NCBI GenBank assembly: GCA_036785375.1
Contig: JAWMAR010000471.1
Location: 62,001 to 126,000 of the forward strand
Reading direction: 5' to 3'
Length of the DNA: 64,000 nucleotides
Origin: Leucoraja ocellata
Lineage: Eukaryota
Positions 38,073 to 51,238 of this stretch are shown in pieces. The position numbers and the translations under genes were made by a program. Positions within the stretch are counted from its first letter, which is position 1. The number at the start of each line of letters is the position of its first letter. The notes below the pieces were generated by a model, which saw nothing but the letters and a program-made list of their open reading frames with translations, was not told where the DNA came from and ran no database searches.

Positions 38073-38507
38073 GGCGTCATGGCGCAGTAATATGTCGTCG
38101 AGTCCGAAAGCTGCATCCCTGCGATATTTAAAGGAAATGTCTTGCTCCCTTTGTGTAAGACAGCAGAAAATCTGTCGGAGAAATCTGGACTTAGCTGGGC
38201 CGGCCCCTCACTGAATCCTTTCAGCACATAGCTCGGCGCCTGACCGGGATATTGGATGTACCAAAAGAGATATGCACTACTGATTGCTGTGGAGTAGCTG
38301 CAATTTATCGTTGCGTTCTGCCCTTCCTCGACCCTCAGCGCAGCCGGACTCTGGGACACTGAATCTTCACCGATTCCTGTAACAATAAATACGACGTGTG
38401 ATAACTCCTGGATAGGAACGGGCTCTGTTGACGGACACTAACCATTTAAACACCAACTCACCTGGTCGCACAAGAATAATGATCAGGAAGGAGCAAATGG
38501 AGAACAT
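38073..38507 (-). CDS. TCR alpha/delta V segment B6
   Basis: Leader 38507-38462; V exon 38376-38073; RSS CACACTG(38072-38066)-23-ACAAAAACC. Confidence 0.92.
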
Positions 38508-39920
38508 GATTCCTAATTTGGACAGAACGCTGAAAGAATGGAGCGGCATTAGTGTTCTTCCGTCGTGTGTTCTGTGTGAATGAAACGAGAGAATAGACCG
38601 CTCACAAACCGTTTCCTTGGTGTGGTGAGTGTCAATGAAGCGAATACCAGGGGAAGCATTTTATTTTGTGCAGAAGAGGGCGTTTCTATGCTTCAGGATT
38701 GGTGATTGGCTACGTTCTCATAACTGATGTTAACTCGGCATAAGTTAAAGCGTCCTGCCGTTTGTTGACTTTTCTCTCTCTCGCCGTCTCTCTCTCTCTC
38801 TCTCTCTCGCTCTCTCCCTCAACCTCACACGTTCTTCCGGAAGATCCAAGAGAAATCTGCCAACTGATTACTTTTCAAGCACAAAAACCTCATGAACTAT
38901 CTCAAGGAACGTTTCGGGGAGGGGGGGAAATCATCCTCCGTATGACGCGGCTGTCTGGCGGCGCGGTGTATTGCCGCCCCCTGAGATACACGGCATCGCA
39001 AAGTGGAGGCACCGCACCGTAAAACAATTAGAACATAGAACATAATCATTTCTGCCCGCATCTCATCAATATCCTTCCATTCCATGCATATCTTGTGACG
39101 ATCGATAGACCGTTCTTAGCTTCAGTGGATCAAACTTCACCCGAAGAAGCTACCTGTGCAAACTCCTGCGATGTCAAGACTTTCATATGAAGAAAGACTG
39201 GATAGAATCGGTTTGTACTCGCTAGAAGTTAGAAGATTAGATGGGGGTTCTAATAGAAACTTACAAAATTCTTAACAGGTTGGGCGGGCTAGATGCAGGA
39301 AGATTGTCCCCGATGTTGGGGAAGTCCAGAACAAGGGGTCACCGTTTACGGATAAGGGGGACATCTTTTAGGACCGAGATGAGAAAAACATTTTGCACAC
39401 AGAGAGTGGTGAATCTCTGGAATTCACTGCCACAGAAGGTAGTTGAGGCCAGTTCATTGGCTATATTTAAGAGGGAGTTAGATGTGGCCCTTGTGGCTAA
39501 AGGCATCAGGGGGTATGGAGAGGAAGCACGTACGGGATACTGAGTTGGTTAATCAGCCATGATCATATTGAATGGCGGTGCAGGCTCGAAGGGCCGAAGG
39601 GCCCACTCCTTCACCTATTTTCTATGTTTCTATGTTTCTAAAACGTAAATCCATCCAATACGTCAGCCGATAAATGCCACAATATATGCGCACGAGGAAG
39701 CAGGGTGATGAGATTGTTTGGAATGATGTTGCCGAGGATACGACGCGTTTCCCATGGGAAAAGGTGGGGATATTGCAGATTATGCGGACCGTTATGGCGC
39801 CGATCGCTCCTTCATCAGATGTACAATGGATTTATCGTGCAGCAGCGCCCTCTGGTGAGTGTTCGCCGGAATCTCGCGGGTGGTTTTTGTTCGAACCCCA
39901 GATCGCACTGCAACAGTGTG

Positions 39921-40346
39921 GGTGCCAAGGCGCAGTAATATGTCGTCGAGTCCGAAAGCTGCATCCCTGCGATATTTAAAGGAAATGTCTTGCTCCCTTT
40001 GTGTAAGACAGCAGAAAATCTGGCGGAGAAATCTGGATTTCGCTGGGCTAGCCCCTCACTGAATCCTTTCAGCACATATCTCGGATCCTGACCTGGATAT
40101 TGGATGTACCAAAAGAGAGTGTATGCTGTGGAGTAGTTGCAATATATCGTTGCGTTCTGCCCTTCTTCGACCCTCAGCGCAGCCGGACTCTGGGACACTA
40201 AATCTTCACCGACTCCTGTAACAATAAATACGACGTGTGATAACTCCTGGGTAGGATCGGGCTCTGTTGACGGACACTAACCATTTAAACACCAACTCAC
40301 CTGGCCGTACGAGAATAATGATCATGAAGGAGCAAATGGAGAACAT
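39921..40346 (-). CDS. TCR alpha/delta V segment B7
   Basis: Leader 40346-40301; V exon 40215-39921; RSS CACACTG(39920-39914)-23-ACAAAAACC. Confidence 0.92.
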
Positions 40347-41703
40347 GATTCCTAATTTGCACAGAACGCTGAAAGAATTGAGCGGCATTAGTGTTCTTCC
40401 GTCGTGTGTTCTGTGTGAATGAAACGTTGAACAGCGCTTTGATCACTTTATCCACAAGGGGGCGTTTCCCTCAGATACTCGTGTTGATTGGCCAATTCTC
40501 CAGATCGGATGCTGCTTTTGCACATTTAAACGACGTTGTTGTTTTTAAAGTCCGTAAACATTCTTTCCTCCTCCCACTTTTCCCGCCTCTCTTTCCTTAT
40601 CTCTCTCTCCCACTTTCTCCAGCACTCTCTCTCTCTCACTCTGGCTCTCGCGTTGGCTCTCGCATCTAGCTATCTTTCTACCAATCTATCACATCCCGTC
40701 TCAGGGTCAAGCTCTCTTCCTCTTTTCTTTNNNNNNNNNNNNNNNNNNNNNNNNNNNNNNNNNNNNNNNNNNNNNNNNNNNNNNNNNNNNNNNNNNNNNN
40801 NNNNNNNNNNNNNNNNNNNNNNNNNNNNNNNNNNNNNNNNNNNNNNNNNNNNNNNNNNNNNNNNNNNNNNNNNNNNNNNNNNNNNNNNNNNNNNNNNNNN
40901 NNNNNNNNNNNNNNNNNNNNNNNNNNNNNNNNNNNNNNNNNNNNNNNNNNNNNNNNNNNNNNNNNNNNNNNNNNNNNNNNNNNNNTCTATCTATTCATTT
41001 ATTTATCTATCTATCTGTCTATCTATCTATCCACGGATGTCATGACTTTCATATGAAGAAAGACTGGATAGACGAGGCTTGTACTCGCTAGAATGTAGAA
41101 GATTGAGGGGGGATCTTATAGAAACTTACAAAATTATTAAGGATCGGACAGGCTAGATGTAGGAAGATTGTTCCGGATGTTGGGGAAGTCCAGAACAAGG
41201 GGTCACGTTTTATGGATAAGGGGGAAATCTTTTGGGACGGAGATGAGAAAAACATTTTTCACACAGAGAGTGGTGAATCTGTGGAATTCTCTGCCACAGA
41301 AGGTAGTTGTGGCCAGTTCATTGGCTATATTTAAGAGGGAGTAAGATGGGGCCCTTGTTGCTAAAGGGATCAGGGGGTATGGAGAGAAGGCAGGGAAGGG
41401 ATACGGAGTTGGATGATCAGCCATAATCATAATGAATGGCGGTGCAGGCTCGAAGGGCCGAGTTGCCTATTCCTGCACCTATGTTCTATGTTTCTAAAAT
41501 GTTAATCCATCCATTACGTCGGCCGATAAATGCCACAATATATGCACTCGAGGAAGCAGGGTGATGGGATTGTTTGTAATGATTTGGCCGAGGATACGAT
41601 GCGTTTCCCATGGGAAAAGGTGGGGATATTGCAGATTAAGCGGATCGTTATGGGGCCGATCCCTCCTGCATCAGATGTACTATGGATGTATCGTGCAGTG
41701 GTT

Positions 41704-41950
41704 TTGGATGTACCAAAAGTGACCGTATGTTGTGGAGTAGCTGCAGTTTATCGTTGTGTCCTGCCCTTCCTCGACTCTCAGCGCAGCCGGACTCTGGGAC
41801 ACTGAATCTTCACCGACTCCTGTAACAATAAACACGACGTGTGATAACTCCTGGATAGGATCGGGCTCTGTTGACGGATACTAACCATTTAAACACCAAC
41901 TCACCAGGTCGTACGCAAATAATGATCACAAAGGAGAAAATGGAGAACAT
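41704..41950 (-). pseudogene. TCR V pseudogene B8 (FR2 through RSS deleted)
   Basis: Leader 41950-41905; V exon 41819-41704 stops at FWYIQ and joins the 3' flank. Confidence 0.88.
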
Positions 41951-43044
41951 GACTGCTAATTTTCACAGAACGCTGAAAGAATGGAGCGGCATTAGTGTCC
42001 TTCCGTCGTGTGTTCTGTGTGAATGAAACGTTGAACGGCGGTTTGATCACTTTATCCACAAGGGGGCGTTTCCCTCAGTTACTGGTGTTGGTTGGTTGGC
42101 CAATTCTCCAGACCGGATGCTGCTTTTTGCACATTTAAACGGCGCTGTTGTTTTTAAAGTCCGTAAACATTCTTTCCTCCTCTCACTTCTCCCGCCTCTC
42201 TTTCCTTATCTCTCTCTCCCACATTCGCCAGCACTCTCTCTCTCTCACTCTGGCTCTCACGTTGGATCTCGCCCCATCTAGCTATCTTTCTACCAATCAA
42301 CACAGCCCGTCTCACGATCTAGCTCTCTTCCTCTTTCCTTGTTTTTTCTTTNNNNNNNNNNNNNNNNNNNNNNNNNNNNNNNNNNNNNNNNNNNNNNNNN
42401 NNNNNNNNNNNNNNNNNNNNNNNNNNNNNNNNNNNNNNNNNNNNNNNNNNNNNNNNNNNNNNNNNNNNNNNNNNNNNNNNNNNNNNNNNNNNNNNNNNNN
42501 NNNNNNNNNNNNNNNNNNNNNNNNNNNNNNNNNNNNNNNNNNNNNNNNNNNNNNNNNNNNNNNNNNNNNNNNNNNNNNNNNNNCCCTTTCCCGCGTTCAT
42601 TCGCCGGAAGGTCAATGAGAAATTTGCGCATTGGCTTTTTTCAAAGTTTTTTTGGGGTTAGGCACTACCTCAGTGAACTTTTCGTGGAATGAAGGTGTTC
42701 CCTCGACATTATCCGCCTGCCTGACGGCGCAATCTGTTGCCTCCGGGGCTGGGTTACACGGGGATGCACCGTGCCAACGCACAAGAACTAAAAGATGGAA
42801 CTGCACAACTCAGGGATAGGCGTTTCGGCATTCAATGTCCGAGCCGACCATGTTGCCGAGGATACGATGCGTTTCCCATGGGCAAAGGTGGGGATATTGC
42901 AGATTAGACGGATCGTTATGGGGCCGATCCCTCCTGCATCAGATGTACTATGCATGTATCGTGCAGCAGCGCCCTCTGGTGAATGTTCGCCGGATTCTCG
43001 CGGGTGGTTTTTGTTCGAACCCCAGATCACACTGCAACAGTGTG

Positions 43045-43469
43045 GGCATCATGGCGCAGTAATATGTCCTCGAGTCCGAAAGCTGCACCCCTGCGATATT
43101 TAAAGGAAATGTCTTGCTCCCTTTGTGTAAGACAGCAGAAAATCTGTCGGAGAAATCTGGACTTAGCAGGGCTGGCCCCTCACTGAATCCTTTCAGCACA
43201 TATCTCGGCGCCTGACCGGGATATTGGATTACCAAAAGTGATGGTATGTTGTGGAGTAGCTGCAATTTATGGTTGCGTTCTGCCCTTCCTCGACCCTCAG
43301 CGCAGCCGGACTCTGGATCACTGAATCTTCACCGACTCCTGTAACAATAAACACGACGTGTGATAACTCCTGGATAGGATCGGGCTCTGTTGACGGACAA
43401 TGACCATTTAAACACCAACTCACCTGGTCGCACGAGAATAATGATCAGGAAGGAGCAAATGGAGAACAT
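43045..43469 (-). pseudogene. TCR V pseudogene B9
   Basis: Leader 43469-43424; V exon 43338-43045 with a 1-nt loss giving TGG TAA; RSS CACACTG-23-ACAAAAACC. Confidence 0.85.
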
Positions 43470-43909
43470 GACTCCTAATTTGGACAGAACGCTGAAAGAA
43501 TGGAGCGGTGTTAGTGTTCTTCCGTCGTGTGTTCTGTGTGAATGAAACGTTGAAGAGCGGTTTGATCACTTTATCCACAAGGGGGCGTTTCCCTCAGTTA
43601 CTGTTGTTGATTGGTCAATTCTACAGACCGGATGCTGCTTTTGCATATTTAAACGACGTTGTTGTTTCTAAAGTCCGTAAACGTTCTTACCACCTCTCAC
43701 TTCTCCCGCCTCTCTTTTTCTTATCTCNNNNNNNNNNNNNNNNNNNNNNNNNNNNNNNNNNNNNNNNNNNNNNNNNNNNNNNNNNNNNNNNNNNNNNNNN
43801 NNNNNNNNNNNNNNNNNNNNNNNNNNNNNNNNNNNNNNNNNNNNNNNNNNNNNNNNNNNNNNNNNNNNNNNNNNNNNNGTTGCCATTCAGCTATCTTTCC
43901 ACCAATCTC

Positions 43910-45470
43910 AAGTACAAGTTCAAGTTCAAATGAATTTATTGTCATGTGTCCCTGTATAGGACAATGAAATTCTTGCTTTGCTTCAGCACACAGAACATAG
44001 TAGGCATTTACTACAAAACAGATAAATGTGTCCATATACCATAATATAAATATATACACACATGAATAAATAAACTGATCAAGTGCAAATAACAGAAAAT
44101 GGGTTATTAATAATCAGAGTTTTGTCCGAGCCAGGTTTAATAGCCTGATGGCTGTGGGGAAGTAGTTATTCCTGAACCTGGTTGTTGCAGTCTTCAGGCT
44201 CCTGTACCTTCTACCTGAAGATAGCAGGGAGATGAGTGTGCGGCCAGGATGGTGTGGGTCTTTGATGATACTGCCAGCCTTTTTGAGGCAGAGACTGCGA
44301 TAAACCCCCCTCGATGGAAGGAAGGTCAGAGCCGATGATGGACTGGGCAGTGTTTACTACTTTTTGTAGTATTTTCCTCTCCAGAGCGCTCAAATTGCCG
44401 AACCAAGCCACGATGCAACCGGTCAGCATGCTCTCTACTGTGCACATGTAGAAGTAAGGGAGAGTCTTCCTTGACAATCCGACTCTCCGTAATCTTCTCA
44501 GGAAGTAGAGGCGCTGATGAGCTTTCTTGATAATTGCGTTAGTGTTCTCGGACCAGGAAAGACCTTCAGAGATGTGCACGCCCAGGAATTTGAAGCTCTT
44601 GACCCTTTCAACCATCGACCCGTTGATATAAATGGGGCTGTGTGTCCCCCTCCTACTCCTTCCAATGTCCACGATCAGTTCCTTGGTTTTGCTGGTGTTG
44701 AGGGCCAGGTTATTACGCTGGCACCAAATGGACAGTTGCTCGATCTCTCTTCTATACTCTGACTCATCCCCATCAGTGATACGTCCCACAACAGTGGTGT
44801 CGTCACCGAACTTGATGATGGAGTTCGCACCGTGACTGGCTACGCGGTCATGAGTATAGAGTGAGTACAGCAGGGGGCTGAGCACGCAGCCTTGAGGTGC
44901 TCCCGTGCTGATTGTTATCGAGGCTGACACATTTCCACCAATACGAACAGACTGTGGTCTGTGAATGAGGAAGTCGGGGATCCAATTGCAGATGGATGCG
45001 CAGAGACCCGGTTCTGCGAATTTGGTAACCAGCTTGGAGGGATGATCGTGTTAAATGCCAAGCTGTAATCGATGAATAACAGCCTGACATATCAGTTTTT
45101 GTTGTCCAAATGGTCCAAAGCGGAGTGGAGGGCCAGCGAGATCGCATCCACCGTTGATCTGTTGTGGCGGTAAGCGAACTGCAGTGGGTCCAGGTTTTTG
45201 TCGAGCTAGGAGTTGATTTGCTCCATGATCAACCTCTCAAAGCACTTCATCACCACCGGCGTTAGTGCCACTGGTCGATAGTCATTGAGGCACGTCACCT
45301 TACTCTTCTTGGGCACTGGTATAATTGATGCCCTTTTAAAGCAGGTGGGACCTCAGACCTCAGAAGTGAGAGGTTGAAAATGTCCGTAAATATTCCAGCC
45401 AGTTGGTCCGCACAGGTTTTTAGAACACGACCGGGCATACCATCAGGTCCAGGTGCTTTTCGGGGATTCA
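43910..45470 (-). mobile_element. Rex1/Babar-type non-LTR retrotransposon, 5'-truncated, RT domain
   Basis: TGAPQGCVLSPLLYSLYTHD...KFGDDTTVVG...KKAHQRLYFLRRL; (TTGAAC)n tail. Confidence 0.9.
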
Positions 45471-45472
45471 CC

Positions 45473-46240
45473 CCTCAGAATGGTGGCCGATTAGTAAAGG
45501 GGGAGATGCAACGATACCTGGGTGTGATGGTTCACCAGTCATTAAAAGTAGGCATGCAGGTGCAGTAGGCAGTGAAGAGGGCGAATGGTATGTTAGCATT
45601 CATAGCAAAAGGATTTGGGTATAGGAGCAGGGATGTTCTACTGCAGTTGTACAGGGTCTTGGTGATACCACACCTGGAGTATTGCGTACAGTTTTTGGGC
45701 TCCTAATCTGAGGAAAGACATTCTTGCCATAGAGGAAGTACAGAGAAGGTTCACCAGACTGATTCCTGGGATGTCAGGACTTTCATGTGAAAAAAGACTG
45801 GATAGACACTGCTTGTACTCGCTAGAATTTAGAATATTGAGGGGGATCTTATAGAAACTTACAAAAGTCTTAAGGGGTTGGGCAGGCTAGATGCAGGAAG
45901 ATTGTTCCCGATGTTGGGGAAGTCCAGAACAAGGGGTCACAGTTTAAGGATAAGGGGGGAATCTTTTAGGACGGAGATGAGGAAAACATTTTTCAGCAGA
46001 GTGGTGAATCTCTGGAATTCACTTGCCACAGAAGGTAGTTGAGGCCAGTTCATTGGCTATATTTAAGAGGGAGTTAGATGTGGCCTTTGTTGCTAATGGG
46101 ATCAGGGGGTATGGAGAGAAGGCAGGTACAGGATACTTAGTTGGATGATCAGCCATGATCATAATGAATGGCGGTACAGGCTCGAAGGGCCGAACGGCCT
46201 GCTCCTTCACCTATTTTCTATGTTTCTGTGTTTCTACGAT
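45473..46240 (+). mobile_element. CR1 LINE 3' fragment
   Basis: Degenerate copy of 30610-31370. Confidence 0.88.
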
Positions 46241-46525
46241 AGAGAAGATGTAAATCCATCCAATACGTCAGCCGATAAATGCCACAATATATGCACACGA
46301 GGAAGCAGGGTGATGAGATTGTTTGGAATGATGTCGCCGAGGATACGACACGTTTCCCATGGGCAAAGGTGGGGATATTGCAGATTATGCGGATCGTTAT
46401 GGGGCCGATCGCTCCTGCATCAGATGTACTATGGATGTATCGTGCAGCAGCGCCCTCTGGTGAATGTTCGCCGGAATCTCGCGGGTGGTTTTTGTTCGAA
46501 CCCCAGATCGCACTGGAACAGTGTG

Positions 46526-46960
46526 GGCCTCATGGCGCAGTAATATGTCGTCGAGTCCGAAAACTGCATCCCTGCGATATTTAAAGGAAATGTCTTGCTC
46601 CCTTTGTGTAAGACGGCAGAAAATCTGTCGGAGAAACCTGGACGTGGATGGGCTGGCCCCTCACTGAATCCTTTCAGCACATAGCTCGGCGCCTGACCGG
46701 GATATTGGATGTACCAAAAGAGAGTTGCACCACTTACTGCTGCGGAGTAGTTGCAGTTTATCGTTGCGTTCTGCCCTTCCTCGACCCTCAGCGCAGCCGG
46801 ACTCTGGGACACTGAATCTTCACCGACTCCTGTAACAATAAATACGACGCGTGATTCCTCCTGGATAGGATCGGGCTCTGTTGACGGACAATAACCATTT
46901 AAACACCAACTCACCTGGCCGCACAAGAATAATGACCAGGAAGGAGCAAATGGAGAACAT
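46526..46960 (-). CDS. TCR alpha/delta V segment B10
   Basis: Leader 46960-46915; V exon 46829-46526; RSS CACACTG(46525-46519)-23-ACAAAAACC. Confidence 0.92.
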
Positions 46961-47223
46961 GATTCCTAATTTGGACAGAACGCTGAAAGAATGGAGCGGC
47001 ATTAGTGTTCTTCCGTCGTGTGTTCTGTGTGAATGAAACGAGAGAATAGACCGCTCACGAACTGTCTCCTTGGTGTGGTGACTGTCAATGAAGTGATTAC
47101 CAGGGGAAGCATCATATTTTGTGCAGTAGAGGGCGTTTCTGTGATTCAGGACTGGTGATTGGCTACGTTCTCATAACTGATGTTAACTCGGCATAAGTTA
47201 AAGTGTCCTGCCGTTTGTTGACT

Positions 47224-47254
<31 letters not shown>

Positions 47255-47878
47255 TTGTCTACCAACTGCAGGGGGGTTGCCCCTGTACTCAACTCCTCCT
47301 CTTATGATGGCCAACTTGCCATTCGCTTGCTTCACTGCCTGCTGTAATACCTGCATGCTTACTTTCAGTGACTGATGAACAAGTCACTGAAGGTAAGCAT
47401 GCAGGTAAGCATGCAGGTACAGCCTTCTTAAAGAATGACATGTGGCGGAACGGAAATACGAGCTCCGTACCGCGCTTCGCGGGAAATTGCGAATTAATTT
47501 TCCCCCAGTTGGTACAATAGTTTCTTGATATCCTGTTTGCGGCACATGCTTTAGAGGTGGCATTACTCCAATAATCTGACACGTTTGCAAACGAGCAGCG
47601 GATTGCGGATACATTGGAAAGTATCCGGGAGTGTACTGACCAGGAGAACTAATGCACGTGACGAAATAAGCAAATATCCCGTACCAGCATCCTGCTGTTA
47701 ATTCCATGAATCGGTGGTCAAATATTGTCACCGTTTGAGTGAGGGGTTTACTGGGGAAGGGGCAATACAAGCTGAAGAGAATTGGCGAAGACTAACTGTA
47801 GCAGAGGTTTACAGCTCATTTGATATGAGTTCTCGAGAAACAACTTCCGGCGACCACCTTCTCATTTCACGTGTAAGC

Positions 47879-47892
47879 GCGCCACCTAGTGA
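47879..47892 (-). promoter_or_regulatory. Predicted RSS-proximal CTCF site (D1)
   Basis: TCACTAGGTGGCGC, 25 bp 3' of the nonamer. Confidence 0.65.
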
Positions 47893-47956
47893 TCGCACGC
47901 TGCAACTGTTGGGGCAGGGTTTTTGAGTGGATCAGCCGCATCTCTGTAGCAATGTG

Positions 47957-48315
47957 GGCGCCATGGCGCAGAGGTAGACGGCAGAGTCGGAGACGAGGAC
48001 ACGGGAGATTGTTAGAGGAACCGTCCTGTTTGCTTTCTGATATTCAGCCGAAAATCTGTCTGTAAAAGCCGGTGAGCGGTCTCCCCTGTCTCTGCTGAAT
48101 TTCTTCAGTATATATCTGGGCGCGTCTCCAGGATTCTGGATGTACCAGGCGGACTCTGGGAAATCGAATCCTCGCCACGGGCTCCTGCAAACAAAACACA
48201 AAACGCTCAGCGCTCTGGCATCTCATCAGTGGCTCCGTCCACTGTAGGGCCATTTATTTAGAGACTCACCGGGAAAGCCGAGTATTATTAGCACCAATGA
48301 CGAGATACACAACAT
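47957..48315 (-). pseudogene. TCR V pseudogene D1 (FR1-CDR1 deleted; D4/D5 chimera)
   Basis: Leader 48315-48270 MLCISSLVLIILGFP; V exon 48184-47957 lacks the first Cys; RSS CACATTG-23-TCAAAAACC. Confidence 0.88.
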
Positions 48316-48419
48316 GGTCCTGGGTTTGGGAACAGTCAGTGAACAGAGGAATAATTCGACGCTGTTCCTGTCTCCGACCGGTTATCTGTGAGGAAACAGA
48401 GATCAGCTGTTATTGTTAT

Positions 48420-48735
48420 CTCTTTTCTTTTAAAATCTTTTTATTGTTTTTTTCCCCAAAAAAGGAAAAATAAAACATAAAAAAACAGAGCAAAAAGAAT
48501 AATGATAAACATAACAATGGTATTGACAAATAGGGATCAGGATTATATTAATAACAGGTTTAACCTAATATGAGAGTCAAAATACACGATGAATATAGAC
48601 CTACCGGTCTCTACGTAAATATAGTTAAATCTTTAAAAGGAAACTTATAAATGGAAAAAATTAACACAAAGATAAAAAGACAAAAAAGAAGAAAAAAGGA
48701 AAAGGAAAAAAAACCATAAACTAAAGAAAGTAGTT
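48420..48735 (-). repeat. AT-rich LINE-like 3' UTR with A-rich tail in D promoter (mirror copy 54400-55110, there interrupted by CR1 54643-54891)
   Basis: AATAAA followed by an A-rich tail; present in both inverted arms. Confidence 0.5.
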
Positions 48736-49572
48736 ACTGTTATCTCGTCTCACCACTAATGCACATCCGTCTGCATCTGCCTGCGCTCATCGGTTTCTGA
48801 CGCTCTCTCGCTTTCTTTTCCTCGACTTCCAGCTGCTCCGTTGTATGTACGTTTTTTTCTTTCGTGGAAACTAAAGGGCGTTTTTTTCCCGGTTGGTGAT
48901 TGGCCCGTCCCTCAGAACCGATGCACATCCGTGTGCATTTCCCTGCGCTCACTTCTTGCTGTCGCTCTCCGTGCCTCGACTGCCAGCTGCTCCCTGGTTT
49001 CTCGGACCAATTGCTGATTCTTTGACGGAAGCCTTCTTCTAGAATAACCTCTGGAAGGCAGGTAATGTGAGCTCGGTAGATCGCTTGGCTCAAAATTGCG
49101 AATTTATTCGCCCTGCGGTTGGTACACAGTTCCATGAAATCCTTTTCTTAGCACATAATTTAGAGGCGACATTACTGCCATCATCCGCATGTTCACATTC
49201 GCAGAGTGGGTTGCGAATACAGTGCAAAGTATAAGGGAGATGTCTGACCAGGAAACTTAATGCCGCCGAAGAATTAAGTAGGCACCCTGCATGGACAATA
49301 GTGCTGTTAACTGCATTAAGCGGTTGTCGAAGATTGTCGGACCTTGCGCGAGGAGGATTGGAGGGACGAGCAATTCAAGTTGCAGAGAACTTGAGGACCA
49401 TTAGGGACAACTACATGCAGCAGAGGTTTATAACTCATGTCATACATCTGCATGGACATGTCCCCCTGGCCACCTTCACATCACACGGATGACGACGTGA
49501 CCTGGTGGTCACTCGCTGCCACTGTCGGGGCTGGGTTTTTGTGCGGATCTGCCGCATCTGTGCAGCAATGTG

Positions 49573-50017
49573 GGCTCCATGGCGCAGAGATACGCGGCAG
49601 AGTCGGAGACGAGGACACTGGAGATGGTGAAAGGAACCGTCTTGTTTGCTTTGTGATGAACAGCCGAAAATCTATCTGTAAATTCCGGTGATCGGTGTCC
49701 GCCCGGGGTGCTGAATCTCTTCAATATATACCTTGGCATTTGCCCGGGATACTGGATGTACCAGAAGGCAGTGCGGCTAATGTAGGCTGCGGGGTAACTG
49801 CATTCCAATGTTATAGTTTCTCCTTCTTCAACCGTCAGCTCAGGCGGATACTGCGATATTGGATTATCGCCACTTGCCCCTGCAAACAAAACATAAAGAG
49901 TTTATGTTCCAGCCTCATGGAATAGAATCAACGTCACAAACCCCAGAAGACTCATTTAAATGGAGACTCACTGGAACACGCGAGTATCATTATCACAAAC
50001 GGAGAAATAGGCAACAT
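49573..50017 (-). CDS. TCR alpha/delta V segment D2 (intact)
   Basis: Leader 50017-49972 MLPISPFVIMILACS; V exon 49879-49573 ..LECSYPAAYISRTAFWYIQYPG..YLCAMEP; RSS CACATTG(49572-49566)-23-ACAAAAACC. Confidence 0.9.
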
Positions 50018-51238
50018 GGTCCTCGGTTTGGGAACAATCGGTGAATAGAGGAATAATTCGATGGCGTTTGTGCCGCAGGTCGGTTATCTGTGAGGAATCA
50101 GAGATCTGCTGCTATTTCTTTACTTCGTGGAAACTAAGGGGCGTTTCCCCGGTGCATGAGTGGCGCGTCTCTCACAACGGATGCACATCCTTCTGTATTC
50201 CTTTGCGTTCACTGGCTTCTGTCGCTCTCTCGCCCTGACGGCATGGATGCACAGTCACGTCTTTCTGTTTCCCATAATTAGCAGGTTCTTTGACGGAAAT
50301 CATCTTCCAGAATGACATGTGGAGGAAAGACAATAACAGGTCCGTAACTCGTTTCTCAGGAAACTGCGAATTTATTTTCCCCTGGACATAATGAACATAA
50401 GGGTTTGGACAGGCTAGATGCACGAAGATTGTTCCGATGTATTTTGTGCCTTCCACCACAGTGATGAATGCTGTGGTGGATGTTTGTGTTACATTTTTTA
50501 TTGTGGTTGTGTGTTCTTTATTATTGTATCGCTGCTGACAACCCACATTCCACCAGCCTGGCTGTGTGGTCATTAAAATACAATACAATACAAATACAAT
50601 GTTGGGGAAATCCAGAACATGGGGTCACAGTTTAACGATAAGGGGAAAGTATTTTAGGACCGAGATGAGAAAATCATATTTTACACAGAGAGTGGTGAAT
50701 CTGTGGAATTTTCTGCCTCAGAAGGTAGTTGAGGGCAGTTCATTGGCTATATTTAAAAGTTCATACAAACATAGAAACAAACAAGTTAGATGTGGCCCTT
50801 ATGCCCAAACGAATCAGGGGGTTTGGAGAGAAGGCAGGTATGGGATACTGAGTTCGATGATCAGCCATGATCATATTGAATCGCGGTGCAGGCTCCAAGG
50901 GCCGAATGGCCTACTCCTGCACTTATTTTATATGTTTCGATGTTTCTATGATAGAGAAAATGATAATCCATCCAATTCGCCAGCCGCTAAATGCACAAAA
51001 TATATGCACGCGAGGAAGCAGGGTGATGAGATTGTTTTGAATGATGTTGCCGAGGATACGACGCGTTTCCCATGGGAAAAGGTGGGGATATTGCAGATTA
51101 TGCGGATCGTCATGGGGCCGATCGCTCCTGCATCAGATGTACTATGGATGTATCGTGCAGCAGCGCCCTCTGGTGAATGTTCGCCGGAATCTCGCGGGTG
51201 GTTTTTGTTCGAGCCCCAGATCGCACTGCAACAGTGTG

